Shown here piece after piece: positions 1 through 9,987 of a stretch of 60,734 bases of DNA. This DNA comes from Rhodothermia bacterium (GTDB lineage Bacteria; Bacteroidota; Rhodothermia; Rhodothermales; UBA10348). Both the position numbers and the translations under genes were made by a program. Within the stretch, counting starts at the first letter, position 1. The number at the start of each line of letters is the position of its first letter. The stretch spans positions 1 to 60,734 of the forward strand of contig BTQE01000004.1 in assembly GCA_036985715.1 (NCBI GenBank), given 5' to 3'. The notes beneath the pieces were generated by a model. That model saw only the letters and a list, made by a program, of their open reading frames with translations. It was not told where the DNA came from and searched no databases.

Positions 1-488
1 CGGGATTCGTGAGTGTGATAGCGGTCCAGGACAGCGAGGTTGAGGGAACTGAAGATGTTGTAGTCAGCATCAGCGCGGTGAGTGCGAACGCGCAGATCGG
101 CAATCCTTTTCAGGCGACGACGACCATTCTGGACGGCAATAGGCCGAGCGTTACGCTTTCGGTGGACCCGGCGCAGATCGCCGAGTTGGGGGGCATAGCT
201 ACGTTTACGGCGACGCTATCGAGCGCGGTTCCGGCGGCGGTAACGGTAAACCTCGCCTTTGCAGGATCTGCGACAGCCGGGCTTGACTATACTGCCTCGG
301 CGAACAGAATCGACATTCCGGCGGGAATGACGTCGGGATTCGTGAGTGTGATAGCGGTCCAGGACAGCGAGGTTGAGGGAACTGAAGATGTTGTAGTCAG
401 CATCAGCGCGGTGAGTGCGAACGCGCAGATCGGCAATCCTTTTCAGGCGACGACAACCATTCTGGACGACGATAGGCCGAATGTTACG
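1..488 (+). repeat. Near-identical direct repeat (about 155 bp, period 333 bp) covering two Calx-beta modules
   Basis: Bases 1-120 are identical to 334-453. The first mismatch is at 122/455, and similarity continues to about 155/488. Confidence 0.9.
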
Positions 489-1790
489 ATCGTCGTTGAA
501 CAAGAAATTTACCAGATGATTTCGATTCCCGTTTCTGGTGTTACATCGGTCACGTCTACGTCGGGTTCACCGGATACACATCGACTACTACGCTGGAATT
601 CCGGTACGCAGAGCTATACCGAGTACGATGTAGATCCCACACTGTCTACAGAAGCTGATTTTTCGCCAGGCAAAGCCTACTGGTACATCTCAAGTGACGG
701 GAGCGATATCACGGTTACAGGTGGGACGCCCGTCAATCCGGATGTAGGCGGCTCGATAAACCTTTTACCCGGTTGGAACCAAATCGGCAATCCGTTTGCG
801 TTTGCGGTCGCGTGGGCAACGGTAATTAATCCTGATGTAGTCGAGGCACCTGTGAGCTATGATGCCTCTCTCGATCCAAGCGATCCGTACGAGTACTTCG
901 TTTCGAATCTTGACGCCTGGGATGGCTATTGGGTCTATAATCCGAACGCCGAGACAGCGGTTATTACCGTCCAGGCGATCGAAGCTTCCAAATCAGGAAG
1001 CTATTCTTCGCTGGGAAGTTTCGCCGATGAAGCTTCATACCTCGTACAGCTCGAAGCCTCGCTTGCTAACTACCAGTATCGCGACACGCAGAACTATCTG
1101 GGCTTCGCCTCCGGAGCGACCGACGGTTACGATGCGATTGATTTTGCCGAAGCCCCCGGTATTGGCTCATACGTCCGCCTTAGCATCATCGAAGATGGAA
1201 CGCGCATGGCGGGCAGCTTTAAGAGCGCGGGCACCGAGGGGCAGGAGTGGCGACTAGAGCTAACGGCTAAGCTAGGGTCGGGACTTCCAAAGTCTGGCGA
1301 ATATGCGCACGTTCGCCTCGACGAGATCGGTGACCTTCCCGCAGGTTTTGAACTCTACGTTTTCGACGACGATGAAGGCGAACGGTTGCCGCTAATCGAG
1401 TCATCGTTTGGTACGCTCCTTACGCGCGATCGCCCCGTGCGCCATCTGCGCGTTATCGTAGGCACGAGCGCGTATGCATCGGATCAAACCGAAGGCATGC
1501 TGTCGACGCCTCAGCGCTTTGCTCTGCATCAGAACTATCCCAATCCGTTTAATCCGTCAACGCAGATTCGCTATCAGCTGAGCGGTACCTCACCAGTCCG
1601 ACTGGACATTTACAACGCTCTCGGTCAGCATGTTAGCACACTTGTTGATCGGCAGCAGGAAGCGGGTTGGTATGAGGTGAGTTGGGACGGGCGTGACGGG
1701 GCCGGCCGCCAGGTTGCGAGTGGCCTTTATTTCTATAGGTTTCGATCCGGTGGTATCACCGACACAAAATCCATGGTCTTGCTTCGATAA
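1..1790 (+). CDS. Calx-beta repeat surface protein with a T9SS (Por) C-terminal sorting domain; the 5' end runs off the window
   Basis: ORF 9..1790 stays open back to base 1: the leading '..GFVSVIAVQD' matches the internal 'TSGFVSVIAVQD'. It has two ~111-aa Calx-beta-like modules ('LDYTA..IPAG..VSVIAVQDSEVEGTEDVVVSIS'). The C-terminus 'YPNPFNPSTQIRYQL...LDIYNALGQHV...GLYFYRF' is a typical type-A T9SS/FlgD-Ig-like tail. Confidence 0.8.
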   Translation, partial: GFVSVIAVQDSEVEGTEDVVVSISAVSANAQIGNPFQATTTILDGNRPSVTLSVDPAQIAELGGIATFTATLSSAVPAAVTVNLAFAGSATAGLDYTASANRIDIPAGMTSGFVSVIAVQDSEVEGTEDVVVSISAVSANAQIGNPFQATTTILDDDRPNVTIVVEQEIYQMISIPVSGVTSVTSTSGSPDTHRLLRWNSGTQSYTEYDVDPTLSTEADFSPGKAYWYISSDGSDITVTGGTPVNPDVGGSINLLPGWNQIGNPFAFAVAWATVINPDVVEAPVSYDASLDPSDPYEYFVSNLDAWDGYWVYNPNAETAVITVQAIEASKSGSYSSLGSFADEASYLVQLEASLANYQYRDTQNYLGFASGATDGYDAIDFAEAPGIGSYVRLSIIEDGTRMAGSFKSAGTEGQEWRLELTAKLGSGLPKSGEYAHVRLDEIGDLPAGFELYVFDDDEGERLPLIESSFGTLLTRDRPVRHLRVIVGTSAYASDQTEGMLSTPQRFALHQNYPNPFNPSTQIRYQLSGTSPVRLDIYNALGQHVSTLVDRQQEAGWYEVSWDGRDGAGRQVASGLYFYRFRSGGITDTKSMVLLR

Positions 1791-2926
1791 TGGCTTCAGA
1801 TAGATTGCATATACGCCTGGGCATAAGACGCTGTAGACCTATGTTGGTAGCCGCAGTGCTGCTAGCAAGTTCGCCTCTCTTGCCGGCGCTCGCACAGCAG
1901 GGCGCGATCAATTTGGGCGCTCAGCGACAGGCTGTTCGCGCGAGCGCACGGGCTCTTTACCAGAGCTACGACGACGACACGCTCAGCGTCTCACAACTGA
2001 GCATTCCGCTCTCGGTTACGGCGCCTCTTGGAAACGATCTGACTCTGAGCTTTTTCGTGAGTCAGATGAGTACAACCGGTGATAAAATGGAAGACCTCAG
2101 CGGTCTTAGCGACGCTCAGCTCATACTAAGTTATGCACGCCGCGCCGGAGCGGGCAGTGTTATCATAAGCCTGGGAGCGAATCTTCCGACTGGTAAGAAG
2201 GACTTGACGAAGGAAGAGTTTGAGACCGCGGTTCTGATCAGTCAGCGGGCCTTTGATTTTCAAGTGCCGAGTCTAGGGCAGGGTTTTGGTCTTTCGCCGT
2301 CGGTGACGTGGGCGGTTCCGGTGGGCGCGAACACGGCTGTTGGCCTAGGTGCGTCGTACCAGGTTCGTGGCACGTACCGGCCGCTTGACACGCTGACAGG
2401 CGATTATACACCCGGTAATGAGATTCTGCTCACGGGTGGCCTTGACACACGTCTGAATACAGAGTCGACGCTTTCACTCGACGTAACGCACACAATCTAT
2501 GCGTCAGATCAGCTAAGGGAAGTAGATATATTTGAAGCCGGTAGCAAAACCAACGTAAGCGCGATGTACCGCTACGTGCGCGGATTTAATGAACTCCGGC
2601 TCGTGGGTGTGTACCGGAAGCGCGCAAAAAGCAGTGAGCGCGTAGATAGCGTGTTGGTAACACAGACCATACAGACCATACCCGATCAGGCGATAGTGCG
2701 GGCCTCCTACCGGATGCGCCTTCAGTCGGCAGTCGCGCTGACGTTTCTTGCAGAGGGTCGTTTCTTCAACAAGTCCAAACGATATCCGAAGAGAAGCATG
2801 ATCGACGTAGGCGTCGTACCCAGTTACCCCATTTCACCGCAGACATCTCTCGTTGGCCGCTTCGTATATACACTCGGGACGATAACTGGACTTGAGGCAG
2901 GGGTTGGGTTGGAGATTATTCTGTAA
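1790..2926 (+). CDS. Hypothetical secreted protein, probably an outer-membrane beta-barrel
   Basis: Has a signal-peptide-like N-terminus ('MLVAAVLLASSPLLPALAQQ'; alternative ATG at 1841) and alternating hydrophobic beta-strand patterns. The start overlaps the upstream stop (TAATG). No family was recognised. Confidence 0.5.
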   Translation: MASDRLHIRLGIRRCRPMLVAAVLLASSPLLPALAQQGAINLGAQRQAVRASARALYQSYDDDTLSVSQLSIPLSVTAPLGNDLTLSFFVSQMSTTGDKMEDLSGLSDAQLILSYARRAGAGSVIISLGANLPTGKKDLTKEEFETAVLISQRAFDFQVPSLGQGFGLSPSVTWAVPVGANTAVGLGASYQVRGTYRPLDTLTGDYTPGNEILLTGGLDTRLNTESTLSLDVTHTIYASDQLREVDIFEAGSKTNVSAMYRYVRGFNELRLVGVYRKRAKSSERVDSVLVTQTIQTIPDQAIVRASYRMRLQSAVALTFLAEGRFFNKSKRYPKRSMIDVGVVPSYPISPQTSLVGRFVYTLGTITGLEAGVGLEIIL

Positions 2927-2977
2927 CTCAGTGTTTATCCTCGGGGTCTTTGTCAACAGGCGATCGTAACGTCGAAA

Positions 2978-4405
2978 TCAAGGAAGATTACGCAGCACCA
3001 TCAGTCGAATTTCCGTCATGTCTTCGATTGCGAACCGGATGCCCTCGCGTCCGAGGCCGCTGTCCTTTACCCCTCCGTATGGCATATGATCGACTCGCCA
3101 CGAGGGTATGTCACCGATGACGACGCCCCCGACTTCCAGTTCATGCCACGCCTTCTCGGCCTTGTAGATGTCGCGCGTGAAGATACCGGCCTGCAGACCG
3201 AAGTCGCTGTTGTTGATCTGATTCAGTGCTTCGTCGAAGTCTGAAAATGGAGAAAGAATGGCCACTGGACCGAAGGCCTCCTTGCATACGAGGTCCAGAT
3301 GCGCCGCCACATTTTCCAGAAGCGTCGCTTCCAGCATGGCACCGTCGCGCGTTCCGCCACACAGTATGGTGGCATCGGCGGCCTCTGCGTCTCGAATCCA
3401 GCCTTCCAGGCGGGATGCTTCTTTCTCTGAGATCATGGGTCCGATAAACGTTTCGGGATCTTTTGGATCTCCCGACTTCAGCTCAGAGGCGGCCTCAACG
3501 AGCCTGTCACGAAACTCGTCGTAGACATTCTCATGAATCAGAATCCGTTGCACGCCGATACAGCTCTGCCCCGATTGATAAAAAGCCCCTATGATTATCC
3601 GGTCGACTGCGTCCTTGAGATCCGCATCTTCGTCGACGATCACCGCCGCATTCCCACCCAACTCGAGGACGATCTTTTTCTTTCCCGCACGGGCTTTCAG
3701 ATCCCAGCCGACGCCCGGAGATCCCGTGAAGCTCAACAGTTTCAGCCGGTCATCGGTTGTGAATAGATCCGCGCCATCGCGCCGACAGGGAAGGATTGAA
3801 AAGGCTCCTTTCGGAAGAATTGTTTCTGCGAGAACTTCGCCGATGATGAGCGCGCCGATCGGCGTAAGGCTGGCCGGCTTCAATACGAACGGACAACCGG
3901 CTGCGATAGCCGGCGCAATTTTATGAGCCGCCAGATTCAGAGGGAAATTGAAAGGACTGATGAAGGAGCACGGGCCAATGGGAAACCGCTTCCATTTCCC
4001 CGAATACCCTCGGCTTCTCTCTCCAATATCCATCGGAAGGACCTCTCCAACCATTCTCGTGGCTTCCCCCGCAGCAATATGAAACGTTTCGATGAGCCTT
4101 GAAACTTCACCCTTGGCGTCCTTGATGGGTTTTCCGGCCTCCACGCAAAGGGTCAGAGCCAACTCGTCGAACCTCTCCTTGAACCGCTCAACGCAGTGCC
4201 TCAGAACGTCTTCTCGTTCGTAGGCAGCCATTTTTTCCATTGGCTTTCGCGCGGTAACCGCGGAAGAAATTGCTCGATCGATGTCTTCGGGACTCGCCAT
4301 GGCCACGGTCGCAGCGACGTCACCCGTGTATTTGTCAATGACCTGAAGATCCTGATTAGGCGATTCAGGTTCGTTCGCCAGGAAAAGTGGATAGTTCTTG
4401 TTCAC
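2978..4405 (-). CDS. NAD(P)-dependent aldehyde dehydrogenase family protein
   Basis: 475 aa with the catalytic motifs 'VLELGGNA' (Glu) and 'FYQSGQSCIG' (Cys). GTG start, 14 bp downstream of the ALS-like gene. Confidence 0.85.
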   Translation of the reverse strand: MNKNYPLFLANEPESPNQDLQVIDKYTGDVAATVAMASPEDIDRAISSAVTARKPMEKMAAYEREDVLRHCVERFKERFDELALTLCVEAGKPIKDAKGEVSRLIETFHIAAGEATRMVGEVLPMDIGERSRGYSGKWKRFPIGPCSFISPFNFPLNLAAHKIAPAIAAGCPFVLKPASLTPIGALIIGEVLAETILPKGAFSILPCRRDGADLFTTDDRLKLLSFTGSPGVGWDLKARAGKKKIVLELGGNAAVIVDEDADLKDAVDRIIIGAFYQSGQSCIGVQRILIHENVYDEFRDRLVEAASELKSGDPKDPETFIGPMISEKEASRLEGWIRDAEAADATILCGGTRDGAMLEATLLENVAAHLDLVCKEAFGPVAILSPFSDFDEALNQINNSDFGLQAGIFTRDIYKAEKAWHELEVGGVVIGDIPSWRVDHMPYGGVKDSGLGREGIRFAIEDMTEIRLMVLRNLP

Positions 4406-4419
4406 GTTTACGGAAGTGC

Positions 4420-6072
4420 CTAAATGGAGTGGGCAATGTTACCAAGACGCTCGGTGAGCTTCTTGTTTTCTGAGTAGTCGATCGGTATGACGATCAGTGA
4501 TGGTCCCGGCGTTTCGAATGCGGTTTCAATGGTCTCTTTCAGATCTATGCTATTTTCACAACGGTAACCATTCCACGAAAATGACGCCGCCAACTGGACA
4601 AAGTCCGGGTTACCGAAACTGAGGTCTGTGTGGTGTCCAAATTGATTATCCTGTTTCCACGCGATCAGCCCATACGCATGATCTTCCCATACCATTGCGA
4701 CGATATTGCTATGGAGTCGGCGGGCAGTTTCCATCTCCTGGACGTTCATCAGAAATCCGGCATCTCCACAGATGGCCATGATTCGACGTTCCGGGTAGAT
4801 GATACCGGCACCGATGGCGCCTGGCAGCGCAAATCCCATCGAACAGAATCCATTCGGAATCAGGCAGGTGTTGGGTTCGTGGCATTGATAGTAGCGAGCG
4901 ATCCACATCTTGTGGGCTCCGACATCCGACAGCAGGATATCGTTCGGACCCATTGCCTCTCGGACATCCCAGAGCGCCTTCTGAGGGCGAATCGATCCGA
5001 CGGTTTCATCGTTCTTATGCGCGGCAATGTCTTCCTGCATTTCAACGCGCACCGCCGCCTGATGACTGAGATCCATCTCAAGCGGTCCTCGATCCGTCAG
5101 TCGTTCATTGAACATCCAGAGCGTGTGAGCAAGATCTCCGACCAGTTCCACAGTGGGATTATAATTAGTATCGATCTCGGCAGGCAGAAAGTCGATGTGG
5201 ATGATCGTCTTGTTTCTCTCTGGATTCCAGAGTCGCGGATGATATTCGACCATGTCGTAGCCCAGGGCGAGAACGAGATCTGCGTCTTCGATGGCGTACG
5301 AAATGATGTCACGAGATTGGAGTCCCATTGTAAAGAGCGCATAGTCCTCATCGATATCGACGGCTCCCTTTGCCATGAATGTGCTGATCGCGCCGATTCC
5401 CGTTCGGCTGCAGAATTCTCTGAGTTGCTTGCTTGCGCGTTTTCGGATGCAGCCGTTGCCGGCCAGAATAACCGGTCGCTTCGCTTTTTCCAGGAGATCA
5501 TAGGCCCTGTCAACAATCTTGTCGTCTGGACTCGGGCGCCTGAACCGATTGGGGGTGAGAGGTACGCTCTCCACCTCAAGTTCGGCAATATCCTCGGCCA
5601 GTTCGATGTGACAGGCACCGGGTTTCTCGGTCCTTGCGATTCGCACAGCCTTACGGACAATTTCAGGGATATTTTCTGGATGAAGGATCGCCTGGGCCCA
5701 TTTGGTCACGGGCTTGAACATGCTAACAACGTCCATGTACTGATGCGATTCCTTATGCTGGCGCTTGGAATCCGCCTGGCCCGTGAGGACGAGCATCGGA
5801 GCGCGGTCCATGTTTCCGTCAGCGACTCCCGTAATCAGATTGGTGGCGCCGGGGCCGAGTGTGCCCAGACAAACTGCAGGATTACCGGTCAGTCGACCGT
5901 AGGCATCGGCCATGAACGCCGCGCCCTGCTCGTGACGTGTAAGAATAAACTTGATCGTGTCGGACTGCTCCAACGACATCATGAAGTCGGCGTTTTCTTC
6001 CCCGGGGACGCCAAAGACATATTCGATGCCTTCTTCTTCCAAACATTTTACGAGCAGGTCTGATGCTTTCAT
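4420..6072 (-). CDS. Thiamine-diphosphate enzyme, acetolactate synthase (AlsS-like) large-subunit family
   Basis: 'MKASDLLVKCLEEEGIEYVFGVPGEEN' is an ALS/TPP N-terminus, and 'GDAGFLMNVQELET' is the TPP-binding motif. ATG at 6072 is preferred over the track's GTG at 6084. Confidence 0.85.
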   Translation of the reverse strand: MKASDLLVKCLEEEGIEYVFGVPGEENADFMMSLEQSDTIKFILTRHEQGAAFMADAYGRLTGNPAVCLGTLGPGATNLITGVADGNMDRAPMLVLTGQADSKRQHKESHQYMDVVSMFKPVTKWAQAILHPENIPEIVRKAVRIARTEKPGACHIELAEDIAELEVESVPLTPNRFRRPSPDDKIVDRAYDLLEKAKRPVILAGNGCIRKRASKQLREFCSRTGIGAISTFMAKGAVDIDEDYALFTMGLQSRDIISYAIEDADLVLALGYDMVEYHPRLWNPERNKTIIHIDFLPAEIDTNYNPTVELVGDLAHTLWMFNERLTDRGPLEMDLSHQAAVRVEMQEDIAAHKNDETVGSIRPQKALWDVREAMGPNDILLSDVGAHKMWIARYYQCHEPNTCLIPNGFCSMGFALPGAIGAGIIYPERRIMAICGDAGFLMNVQEMETARRLHSNIVAMVWEDHAYGLIAWKQDNQFGHHTDLSFGNPDFVQLAASFSWNGYRCENSIDLKETIETAFETPGPSLIVIPIDYSENKKLTERLGNIAHSI

Positions 6073-6247
6073 TACGAGTACCACTCAGCGATTAAGATTG
6101 ACGTAACGGGCGTTTGGGTTAGGATAATCGAACGGGAATCAAACTGGGATTGATCCACAAGATATTCGTGGTTGTTCGAGAGGCAATTCTCCGCTCTAGT
6201 AGATACATTCAAGCCCGCTGTTTTCAACGACCATCTCGCCGCAAATC

Positions 6248-7579
6248 ATGAATACCACCCCCCAAATATTCGTCTCTTTTGTTGCCGTCATGTTTCTGGG
6301 CGTTACCATTTCGAACGCGCAGGACCCGTGGACCCCTGAAAAACCCGGAAGCGAAAATATCACGATCGAAGGTCACCTGCCGCTGGGTGGCGCAGAAACA
6401 GTAGCTGACATCGAGATCGAACAGGAATTGGAGCGGCCGTTCGTTTACGTCGCACGCTCGCAGTATCGTAACCCGAATCCCGTGGGGACCGATATAATTG
6501 ATATTTCGGATCCTGGAAATCCAAGGATAATCGCCCGTTGGCGAATTGAAGATCCGGATCTTCATGTGGGATCTGGGGCGCTGGATGTAAAATATTTCAA
6601 GTTGGCCGGCAGATACTATGTCGTACAATCCGTACAATTCTCGCAAGGGGGGCCTAATGCGGATATGGGTGCGGTAGTCCTCGACGTAACGGACTTGCCG
6701 GACGGCGACAGCGTCCGGGAGGTTGCGCGAATTTATGCGCCGGAAACGCCCGGTGGCTTCCATAACATCTTCATTTATAAGCATTCCAATGGCCGGGTGC
6801 TTCTATTTTCGACGGTGCGCGGATCCACGGCCAACGTGTACGATCTGGGGAGGGTGGTCAAAGGCGACGTCGATAACGCCCTTGTGGCACGGATCCCTAC
6901 TCCGGCCGACAACACCCCGCGCGCCTATCATGATTTCTACGTCGGTTTTCATCCGGAAACCGAGACCGATCGATTCTACGGCGCCGGCACAGGTGGGTAT
7001 TACGTTTACGATGTCACCGACCTGGATAATCCGGAGCTGCTTGTGTCGCTAACGGGTATCTCCGGAGTTCGAAGAGGACATACGTTTACTCCGACGCCGG
7101 ATGGACGCTACGCCGTAGCAGAAACCGAATATCAATACGCCCCGCTGCGCATTTTTGACCTGAAACCGGCACTAGACGGCGAAGTATCGAACATCAGTCA
7201 ACCGATCGGTGCCTGGGCCTCAAACTGGCAGCACTTGCCTCATAATCATGAGGTTCGTTGGCCGTATGTCTTCGTTTCATCGTATCTGGACGGTCTTCAG
7301 ATTTTTTCGATGCTGGATCCAACGAATCCGGTGACGGTCGGATACTACGATACGTTTACGGCCCATCCGGTCGGCGGCAACGAATACGGTGTGATGTTGG
7401 GTGCGTTTGGAGTGGATGTTCGAAATTCGGACGGACTGATCGTTATCTCCGATCTCAATACAGGATTCTGGTCTTTCCGAATGGAAGGATTCAACGGTTG
7501 GAACGGAGAAGACTGGGGCGTCCCCGACATTTCCTCCGAGCAGAAATGGGACGAGGAGTCAAGAGAGGGTACCCGGTAG
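6248..7579 (+). CDS. Secreted LVIVD-repeat beta-propeller protein
   Basis: Signal peptide followed by recurring 'G.DIIDISDPGNPRII', 'YYVYDVTDLDNPELL', 'GLQIFSMLDPTNPVTVGYYDT' and 'GLIVISDLNTGFW' units, typical of LVIVD repeats. Confidence 0.6.
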   Translation: MNTTPQIFVSFVAVMFLGVTISNAQDPWTPEKPGSENITIEGHLPLGGAETVADIEIEQELERPFVYVARSQYRNPNPVGTDIIDISDPGNPRIIARWRIEDPDLHVGSGALDVKYFKLAGRYYVVQSVQFSQGGPNADMGAVVLDVTDLPDGDSVREVARIYAPETPGGFHNIFIYKHSNGRVLLFSTVRGSTANVYDLGRVVKGDVDNALVARIPTPADNTPRAYHDFYVGFHPETETDRFYGAGTGGYYVYDVTDLDNPELLVSLTGISGVRRGHTFTPTPDGRYAVAETEYQYAPLRIFDLKPALDGEVSNISQPIGAWASNWQHLPHNHEVRWPYVFVSSYLDGLQIFSMLDPTNPVTVGYYDTFTAHPVGGNEYGVMLGAFGVDVRNSDGLIVISDLNTGFWSFRMEGFNGWNGEDWGVPDISSEQKWDEESREGTR

Positions 7580-7728
7580 TCGCGATTTATTGGTTTGACA
7601 GGCCTTCGAAAATCACCCGCGTATGATAGGTGGCCCCTGCCGTACTCCCCATTATATCCACCGAATGTCTCGCTGGGCCATTCGTCGTTGCCTGAGATCA
7701 AATTGATCGCAATCTGGGATTCTGAAGA

Positions 7729-8415
7729 ATGACACAACCCGTTCAGCGTAGAAAATTTTATTGGTGGACAGGGATTCTGACGTCTGTTGCTGTGATTATC
7801 TTCCTTGCAATCACACGAGGCCTTTATTTTTTCCCGACATTTGTTGCGCTGGGTCCTTGTCTTCCTGATTGGACAAGTCCTTCTACCTATCTCGCCGTCT
7901 TTGAAGAACCCGCCAGCCCCATGAAAAAGACTCGATTCAAACTCGGGAAGGGAAACGTTCAGATCTGCTACGGGAGTCCATCGGCCCGAGGTCGTTCAGT
8001 TTTCAACAATGAAACTCTGCCGGATAGTCTGGAAATCGACTCGCCCCGACAGTTTTTAGTCCCGAACGGGCGTCTGTGGAGACTGGGGGCGAATGAACCC
8101 ACCCGGATCTTTATCGATCGTCCGATCTTTTTCGGAGACATACGACTCGACCCGGGACGGTACTCGATGTATACGATTCCCGGTTCAAGAGAATGGGAGA
8201 TTTTTATTACGCGTTCGACGTTTCACTGGGGAAATCAGATCTCGAGTGAGGTTCGCAGCAAAGAGGTTGGATCGACGAGGGTACCCGTCAGTGTCGTAAA
8301 TGAGGACACTGAAGAGCTCACTTTTAAGGCAACTGACATCCAGAATGACTCCGCGATGCTTCGAATACAATGGTCGAACGTGTCCGTCAACGTACCGGTA
8401 GTCAGTTCTGAATAA
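7729..8415 (+). CDS. DUF2911 domain protein
   Basis: 'YGSPSARGR...LVPNGRLWRLGANEPTRIF...GRYSMYTIPGSREWEIFI' matches the DUF2911 signature as I recall it. It has an N-terminal TM/signal segment. Confidence 0.6.
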   Translation: MTQPVQRRKFYWWTGILTSVAVIIFLAITRGLYFFPTFVALGPCLPDWTSPSTYLAVFEEPASPMKKTRFKLGKGNVQICYGSPSARGRSVFNNETLPDSLEIDSPRQFLVPNGRLWRLGANEPTRIFIDRPIFFGDIRLDPGRYSMYTIPGSREWEIFITRSTFHWGNQISSEVRSKEVGSTRVPVSVVNEDTEELTFKATDIQNDSAMLRIQWSNVSVNVPVVSSE

Positions 8416-9139
8416 AATGCCTGACAATTATAAATACAGCGGCTGATCCCGACACAACGAGAATCGCTCGCTGCAGATAACCTGCATCCAAGATTCTTGC
8501 GCTGAACTTGGACACTAGAAATCCAATCAGGAGAGCGGGAATCAAGCTGATGGAAACGACCAGCTCATCCAACCCGAATCGGTCAATAAGGGCAAGAGAT
8601 GCCACTGCTACGACTGTTCCCACTATAAAAATAGCCGAAAGCGTACCGCGTATGCGGGCTCCTTCCTGATCGTAATAGAGAAGGGCCAACGGCGGGCCGC
8701 CGATTGCACCAACCGTCCCCATAAACCCGGAGAGTGACGCGATGCTGATGATGTTGGGTGTCGTGAGAGGAAGTCGATATCCTCCGACAATGAACAGGAG
8801 TGCGATCAGGACCAATACCGCAATCAAAGGACCGGTGTATGCTTGCGGGATATAGGCCAATAAAAATGCTCCGATCGCCGTCCCTATAAACCGCCCGACA
8901 ATTGCCCATTTCACCTCCTTGAATTTTACCGCTTTTCTCTCGCGGCCATAGAGCATAACCGTAAGAAAGAAGGCGAGAAAAAGAAGAGGCCCCGGTACGA
9001 AAATGGGGTCTATGAGTAAAAGAAGAGGGACCGCGAAGCTGCCCAGTCCAAATCCAACGGACCCTTGAATTGCCGCTCCGATGATGACGATGACGTATGC
9101 CACCAGAAGAGCCGAGATGCTTATTGGGAGGTTCATCAT
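8402..9139 (-). CDS. TauE/SafE (TSUP) family anion-export membrane protein
   Basis: 245 aa and polytopic. 'IIGAAIQGSVGFGLGSFAVPLLLL' is typical of the TSUP N-terminus. Confidence 0.75.
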   Translation of the reverse strand: MMNLPISISALLVAYVIVIIGAAIQGSVGFGLGSFAVPLLLLIDPIFVPGPLLFLAFFLTVMLYGRERKAVKFKEVKWAIVGRFIGTAIGAFLLAYIPQAYTGPLIAVLVLIALLFIVGGYRLPLTTPNIISIASLSGFMGTVGAIGGPPLALLYYDQEGARIRGTLSAIFIVGTVVAVASLALIDRFGLDELVVSISLIPALLIGFLVSKFSARILDAGYLQRAILVVSGSAAVFIIVRHFIQN

Positions 9140-9425
9140 GGAGAGGTCGATGAAAGATCTGCCGAAGCTACGGCTTCAGTTACTCAGAAATTATTCGACG
9201 AGATCCAGTAGGCCCGCGATATCACTGATGGGTTGATTCCTGTTTGTTTCGTTGATGCGAGTTACACATTCCGAGATCAGACGGTCTGGTTCGCGAGTTG
9301 TCGCTATGATGTTGCAAATGATTTCGTCGACGGCCTCAGTGAAGGTGTCATTCGATTTGTCTTCTGAATGGGTCTTTTACCTAACTTATAAAATCGTCTG
9401 GAATGGAAACCAATCCCAGTGAGCC

Positions 9426-9929
9426 ATGCAATTAAGAGAACTGTTACTGCCTGAATTTGATCAGGAAATGCAAAAGACCCGAACCACGCTCGAACGGGTT
9501 CCAGAGGACAAATTTGCCTGGCAACCCCATGAGAAGTCGATGACGCTCGTGGATCTAACCACCCATCTGGCCAACGTTCCAAGCTGGGCTGTATTCACGT
9601 TGAATGACGAAAGTTTCGATTTGGCGCCTCCGGATGAAGAACCAAGAAGCATGAAGGCAGTCTCGTCGGTCGAGGAGGCTCTCGAACGGTTCGATAAAAA
9701 TGTCTCCGAAGCAAGAGAAGCACTCGTGCGTTCCAGCAATGAAGACCTTGATGCCGGCTGGACGTTGCTACATGCCGGTCAGATCATTTATTCAGCCCCG
9801 CGAATTTCGGTTTTCCGAAGCATGGTCATGAATCATATGATACACCATAGGGCTCAGCTGGGGATTTATCTGAGAATGAACGATGTTGCAGTTCCGTCTC
9901 TATATGGTCCAACCGCCGATGAGGCCTAA
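9426..9929 (+). CDS. DinB-family (four-helix-bundle, damage-inducible) protein
   Basis: 167 aa with His-containing helices ('HLANVPSW', 'HMIHHRAQLGIYLR') characteristic of the DinB/YfiT-like fold. Confidence 0.65.
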   Translation: MQLRELLLPEFDQEMQKTRTTLERVPEDKFAWQPHEKSMTLVDLTTHLANVPSWAVFTLNDESFDLAPPDEEPRSMKAVSSVEEALERFDKNVSEAREALVRSSNEDLDAGWTLLHAGQIIYSAPRISVFRSMVMNHMIHHRAQLGIYLRMNDVAVPSLYGPTADEA

Positions 9930-9987
9930 CGCTCGAGTCGAGTACTTGGATGCCCGAAGCAAATGGTCGGCCCATAAGGACGCGCGC

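Noticed and set aside
4630-6063. 477-aa plus-strand ORF, the longest unexplained ORF in the track.
   Set aside because: It lies entirely antisense to the ALS-like TPP enzyme, whose frame carries clear family motifs. The antisense translation is Arg/Ser/His-rich with no motif, so it is a typical shadow ORF.
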